DNA of 64,000 nt from a bacterium (lineage in GTDB: Bacteria > Hinthialibacterota > Hinthialibacteria > Hinthialibacterales > Hinthialibacteraceae), in the NCBI GenBank assembly GCA_963663405.2, contig CAXXSM010000105.1, positions 1 to 64,000 on the forward strand, in the 5' to 3' direction. The notes beneath the pieces are model-generated. The model did no database searches, had not been told where the DNA came from, and was given only the letters and a program-made list of their open reading frames with translations. A program made the position numbers and the translations under genes. Position 1 is the stretch's first letter; each line of letters starts with the position of its first letter. This document shows positions 60,581 through 64,000 of this stretch, one piece after another.

Positions 60581-61603
60581 ATGATAACAGCGGATTCAAA
60601 CCGTACCCAATGGCTTATCGGCGTTGTCATAGCGTTAGCGCTTCTCGGCGCTCTCTTTTCACTCGTTTTTATCAATAGAGAAAACAGAAACGAACTAACA
60701 AAAAAGCCTTCGAACAATCTGGATCAACTTCGTAAAACCGATCCATCGTTGATTCTTTACGAAGAAGCCTGTCCACCCATCGCCACAGGAATTCCTTTGC
60801 CCCAAGCGATCGCCGCCGGTCCCAACGGAAATATCTACGTCACAGGGGGACAAACGGTATACGCGTTCAGCCCTTCGGGAGAAAAACTACCGTTTACCAT
60901 TGAATTGAAACAGGAAATTACTGCGATCACCGTTTCGGAAGATAGTCTCTTCTACCTTGGCGTGGGGGATCATATTGAAGTGTATGAATCCACTGGCCAG
61001 TTGAAAAGCCGGTGGGGCAGCGCAGGGCCGAAAACGATCCTCACATCGATTGGAGTTCACAAAGAACACGTCTTCGCAACAGATTTAGGAAACCGGACCG
61101 CCCTTCAATTCGACGCGGCAGGCCGGAAGATCAACTCGTTCGGTGATTTTGTGATCCCCAGTTATTATTTCGATCTAGCCGTCTCACCGGATGGATCTGT
61201 TTTTATCGCCAACACCGGCGCGCACCGCATTGAAACCTATTCCCTGGATGGGAATCTAGTATCCTGGTGGGGTGAATATTCCGGCGTAGATCCGAAAAAG
61301 TTCTGTGGATGCTGCAACCCCGCCCATTTCACCCTGCTACCCAATAGGGAAGGCTTTGTCACCTGCGAGAAAGGTATTACCCGCGTCAAAGTTTACGATC
61401 GAGAAGGTGTGTTCACCGGATTCGCCGCAGGCCCCGAACAATTCGCTCGCCACGATCGTCTCAGCGCCGCCCCGGACGTTGATCCCACCGGCGCCGCTCT
61501 CGATGTGACGGCTGACGGTCAAGGGCGGATCATTGTGTTAGATCCTCTACTCTCTGAAATACGAATTTTTACACGGATAAAAGACAAAACGCCTGAGAGT
61601 TGA
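60581..61603 (+). CDS. Membrane-anchored NHL-repeat protein with a CGCCNP motif
   Basis: NHL-like blades; FVIPSYYFDL and FCGCCNPAHF motifs. Confidence 0.8.
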   Translation: MITADSNRTQWLIGVVIALALLGALFSLVFINRENRNELTKKPSNNLDQLRKTDPSLILYEEACPPIATGIPLPQAIAAGPNGNIYVTGGQTVYAFSPSGEKLPFTIELKQEITAITVSEDSLFYLGVGDHIEVYESTGQLKSRWGSAGPKTILTSIGVHKEHVFATDLGNRTALQFDAAGRKINSFGDFVIPSYYFDLAVSPDGSVFIANTGAHRIETYSLDGNLVSWWGEYSGVDPKKFCGCCNPAHFTLLPNREGFVTCEKGITRVKVYDREGVFTGFAAGPEQFARHDRLSAAPDVDPTGAALDVTADGQGRIIVLDPLLSEIRIFTRIKDKTPES

Positions 61604-61775
61604 CACACGGCCAGAATCCCATTTCGCTTCACTTATCTTCAGTTACTCTCATTATTGATCCATCAAAATACTTTCTTTCTTCCTGAAAATCTTTTTTTTT
61701 GCACAAAAAAACCTTCATTCCACGTGGGTAATATAAAATGACCATAGAAAATGGATTCAGGATTGTTATTGCTTA

Positions 61776-62255
61776 ATGATTGATTTCAAGCAGGCGCTCG
61801 AGCGATTTTACATCCAATACCGGCAAGAACTTTTTACCTACGCATTGGCGATTTTAAAATGTTCCACCCGGGCGGAAGACGCCGTCCATGATGCGTTCTG
61901 CCGTTTGATTAAGCGCAACAACAATCCAGTGGAATTGAAGCCATACGTCTTTCGCGCCGTGCGCAACGCGGCGATGGATGAACTCCGTCACAATCCGGCG
62001 CCCGCTGAATCCAATGGTTATATTTTTGATTGTGAGACCAGCCCACGCGAAGCGGCGGATTTAAATGAAACCAGCCGAAAAATCGCCACCGGTTTACTCA
62101 CTCTCACGGAGGACGAGAGGGAAACGGTCGTCCAACATCTTTACACCGGTTTGACTTTTCGTGAAATTGCTGAAATACGAGAAACACCTCTGGGAACCGT
62201 CACCTCGTGGTATCAACGAGGACTCAAAAAACTTCGGGAACGTTTGGAGAAATAG
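61776..62255 (+). CDS. ECF sigma factor
   Basis: AEDAVHDAF, VRNAAMD and LTFREIAEIRETPLGTV motifs. Confidence 0.92.
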   Translation: MIDFKQALERFYIQYRQELFTYALAILKCSTRAEDAVHDAFCRLIKRNNNPVELKPYVFRAVRNAAMDELRHNPAPAESNGYIFDCETSPREAADLNETSRKIATGLLTLTEDERETVVQHLYTGLTFREIAEIRETPLGTVTSWYQRGLKKLRERLEK

Positions 62256-62257
62256 AT

Positions 62258-62623
62258 ATGCGAGATTTTGAATCGCAATTACAAAAGGCGCCGTTACGAC
62301 GGCCTTCCCCCGAATTGGATAGAAGAATCCAGTCGTTAACGGCAAAAGAATCCATCTCGTACGTCTATCAGGAGAGACGTATTTCTCTCGGTTGGGCTTT
62401 TGCGGCAGCGTTGGTAATGGGTATTATAGGATTCGCGGTTGGAGCGTATTGGCAAGCGAAACAATCAACGTATGAATTCTCCTCATTCCCACAATCCCAA
62501 GTTCATATTATTTACTACCCTTCGGATTCAAAACCAGTATTCGATTTCACCCAACAGCCTAGAACAGATTTCATTAACACCGATACGATTAACATAATTA
62601 CTAAAGGAGAGCAAAAACTATGA
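62258..62623 (+). CDS. Putative single-TM anti-sigma factor
   Basis: Directly downstream of the ECF gene; one TM helix. Confidence 0.6.
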   Translation: MRDFESQLQKAPLRRPSPELDRRIQSLTAKESISYVYQERRISLGWAFAAALVMGIIGFAVGAYWQAKQSTYEFSSFPQSQVHIIYYPSDSKPVFDFTQQPRTDFINTDTINIITKGEQKL

Positions 62624-63360
62624 TCCATTGTAAGTACATTCTAACGTTTTCGATGATCTTGATCTCAACATTAATCGCCTTTGGACAAGAAAATAACGAT
62701 ATCGTATTTATCAAATTCGATATCTATAAAGTCCTTGGTGGAATTGCTGGAGACACTTCCATGACGGATAATGTATGGGAAGGAATCAACAAATCCACGA
62801 AATTGAAACCCATAGAAGAGCATAAGTTTTTTGACACCACGGATCTGACCGTTGCTGGTACCCATCTACTTACCAATGAAAAAGAGTGGACATGGAACGG
62901 AAAAGAAAAACCACCGGAAACCGGCGGGATAGAATTACTTTCAAGCCCCGCTGTGATCGTAAGGATTCATGAATCATTTGCCATAGAATCCGGTTCGGAA
63001 GTTCCCGCTATGCAATATTATGAAAAACGCTCGGATGGTCTTTTTGAAATAAAATCTATGGATCCGGACAATTGTGTTAACACAGGATTCAGGATTTCAT
63101 CGAGGATTGAAGAAGGGCCGTCGAATCGAATTATTTTAAAAGATTTCTTTTTTGAAATGAGTAGCATCGATTTTAGGGAAAAAATCGATGGCGTCGATCT
63201 CGATGTAGGAAAACCCGTCATTATCAAGAAGGAGATTAAAACAGATTTAGCCATCAAACCGGATTGCAACTATGGATTGCTGGTTCGATCGAAAGGCGAG
63301 GGCGCGTTAATCATTAAATTCCGCGCCAGCTGGATATCTGAACAAGATCAATTGAAATGA
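62620..63360 (+). CDS. Secreted hypothetical protein with a secretin-like motif pattern
   Basis: Signal peptide; LLSSPAVIV..AIESG.EVP and KPVIIKKEIKT. Confidence 0.6.
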   Translation: MIHCKYILTFSMILISTLIAFGQENNDIVFIKFDIYKVLGGIAGDTSMTDNVWEGINKSTKLKPIEEHKFFDTTDLTVAGTHLLTNEKEWTWNGKEKPPETGGIELLSSPAVIVRIHESFAIESGSEVPAMQYYEKRSDGLFEIKSMDPDNCVNTGFRISSRIEEGPSNRIILKDFFFEMSSIDFREKIDGVDLDVGKPVIIKKEIKTDLAIKPDCNYGLLVRSKGEGALIIKFRASWISEQDQLK

Positions 63361-63395
63361 AAAAACAACGTTCAAACGGTTCCTATCCCCACAAT

Positions 63396-64000
63396 CTAAA
63401 GTTTCCATGGTTCCCGATATTCATAATGTAGTAATTCATTCGCCTCTTTATTGTTCGTGATTACTTCTTTATCCGCATCCCAATCAATCCGTGATTTCGT
63501 CTGTAAGGCGATATTGCCCAGATGGGCGAATGTAGTCGAGCGATGCCCCGTTTCGAGATCGCAGTTGGGCGTTTCACGGGATTTAACGCAGTCCAGGAAA
63601 TTGCGGATATTTTGATACGTTAGATCGCCGTCCATCGATTCCACTTTCTCATTTTTCACATTCGATTTCTGGGTTTGGAACTGTCCGGGTCTTGCGGGAA
63701 TAATTGAGTATCCATTGCCTTCCGATCCGGTATAAATGTTACCGAGTGTGCCCCGGAATTCGATTTCACCTTCAAGGAGAGCAGGGCCGCTGTTGGCTTC
63801 GTATTGTCCGAATATCAGCAGACATCCCGACGGCAGTTCGAAGATCACTTCCATCGTATCAGGAACCGTGCGATCGTCATCAACCGCGAAGCGTCCTCCA
63901 TGCGCTGAAACTGAAATGGGAGCCAATTCATTGAGAACCCAGCGGATCGCGTCGCAGTAATGAACGCCCCAGTTCGCTATCTGAGACGAATATTTCTGCC
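63396..64000 (-). CDS. Gfo/Idh/MocA oxidoreductase, C-terminal part (runs off the window)
   Basis: NWGVHYCDAIRW, NFLDCVKSR..GHRST..HLGNIA and YREPW motifs. Confidence 0.88.
   Translation of the reverse strand, partial: QKYSSQIANWGVHYCDAIRWVLNELAPISVSAHGGRFAVDDDRTVPDTMEVIFELPSGCLLIFGQYEANSGPALLEGEIEFRGTLGNIYTGSEGNGYSIIPARPGQFQTQKSNVKNEKVESMDGDLTYQNIRNFLDCVKSRETPNCDLETGHRSTTFAHLGNIALQTKSRIDWDADKEVITNNKEANELLHYEYREPWKL

Noticed and set aside
63396-63420. C-terminal YREPWKL as a tail motif
   Set aside because: Trp is at -3, and this is an ordinary Gfo/Idh/MocA family ending.

Overview
Bacterial chromosomal DNA of about 50% GC with AT-rich intergenic regions and about 55 genes. I found no rRNA, tRNA, CRISPR array or intact transposase. 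Housekeeping and envelope genes (M42 peptidase, glycosyltransferases, WcaJ-like transferase, LpxL-like acyltransferase, mqnC, PGI/PMI, dnaB, nucleoside ABC transporter) are interleaved with many secreted proteins. The strongest unexplained signal is that seven otherwise diverse signal-peptide proteins all end in V-x-x-W-x-[LK]-[YFR]-COOH, with Val at -7 and Trp at -4 in 7/7. This is a candidate undescribed C-terminal sorting or surface-anchoring signal. Other notable items are a ~92-bp dispersed palindromic repeat with a compensatory stem change, a DnaA-box cluster upstream of a stand-alone dnaB, and an eight-gene operon of Tat Fe-S proteins, a membrane polyferredoxin, four PQQ-like propellers and an NHL protein. 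There are also two orphan pseudopilins sharing a C-terminal motif, an unannotated 52-aa Cys-rich ORF, and two single-base frameshifts. From recollection, not a search, the gene style suggests the Candidatus Hinthialibacterota (OLB16)/Sumerlaeota group. All family assignments are by eye from motifs.
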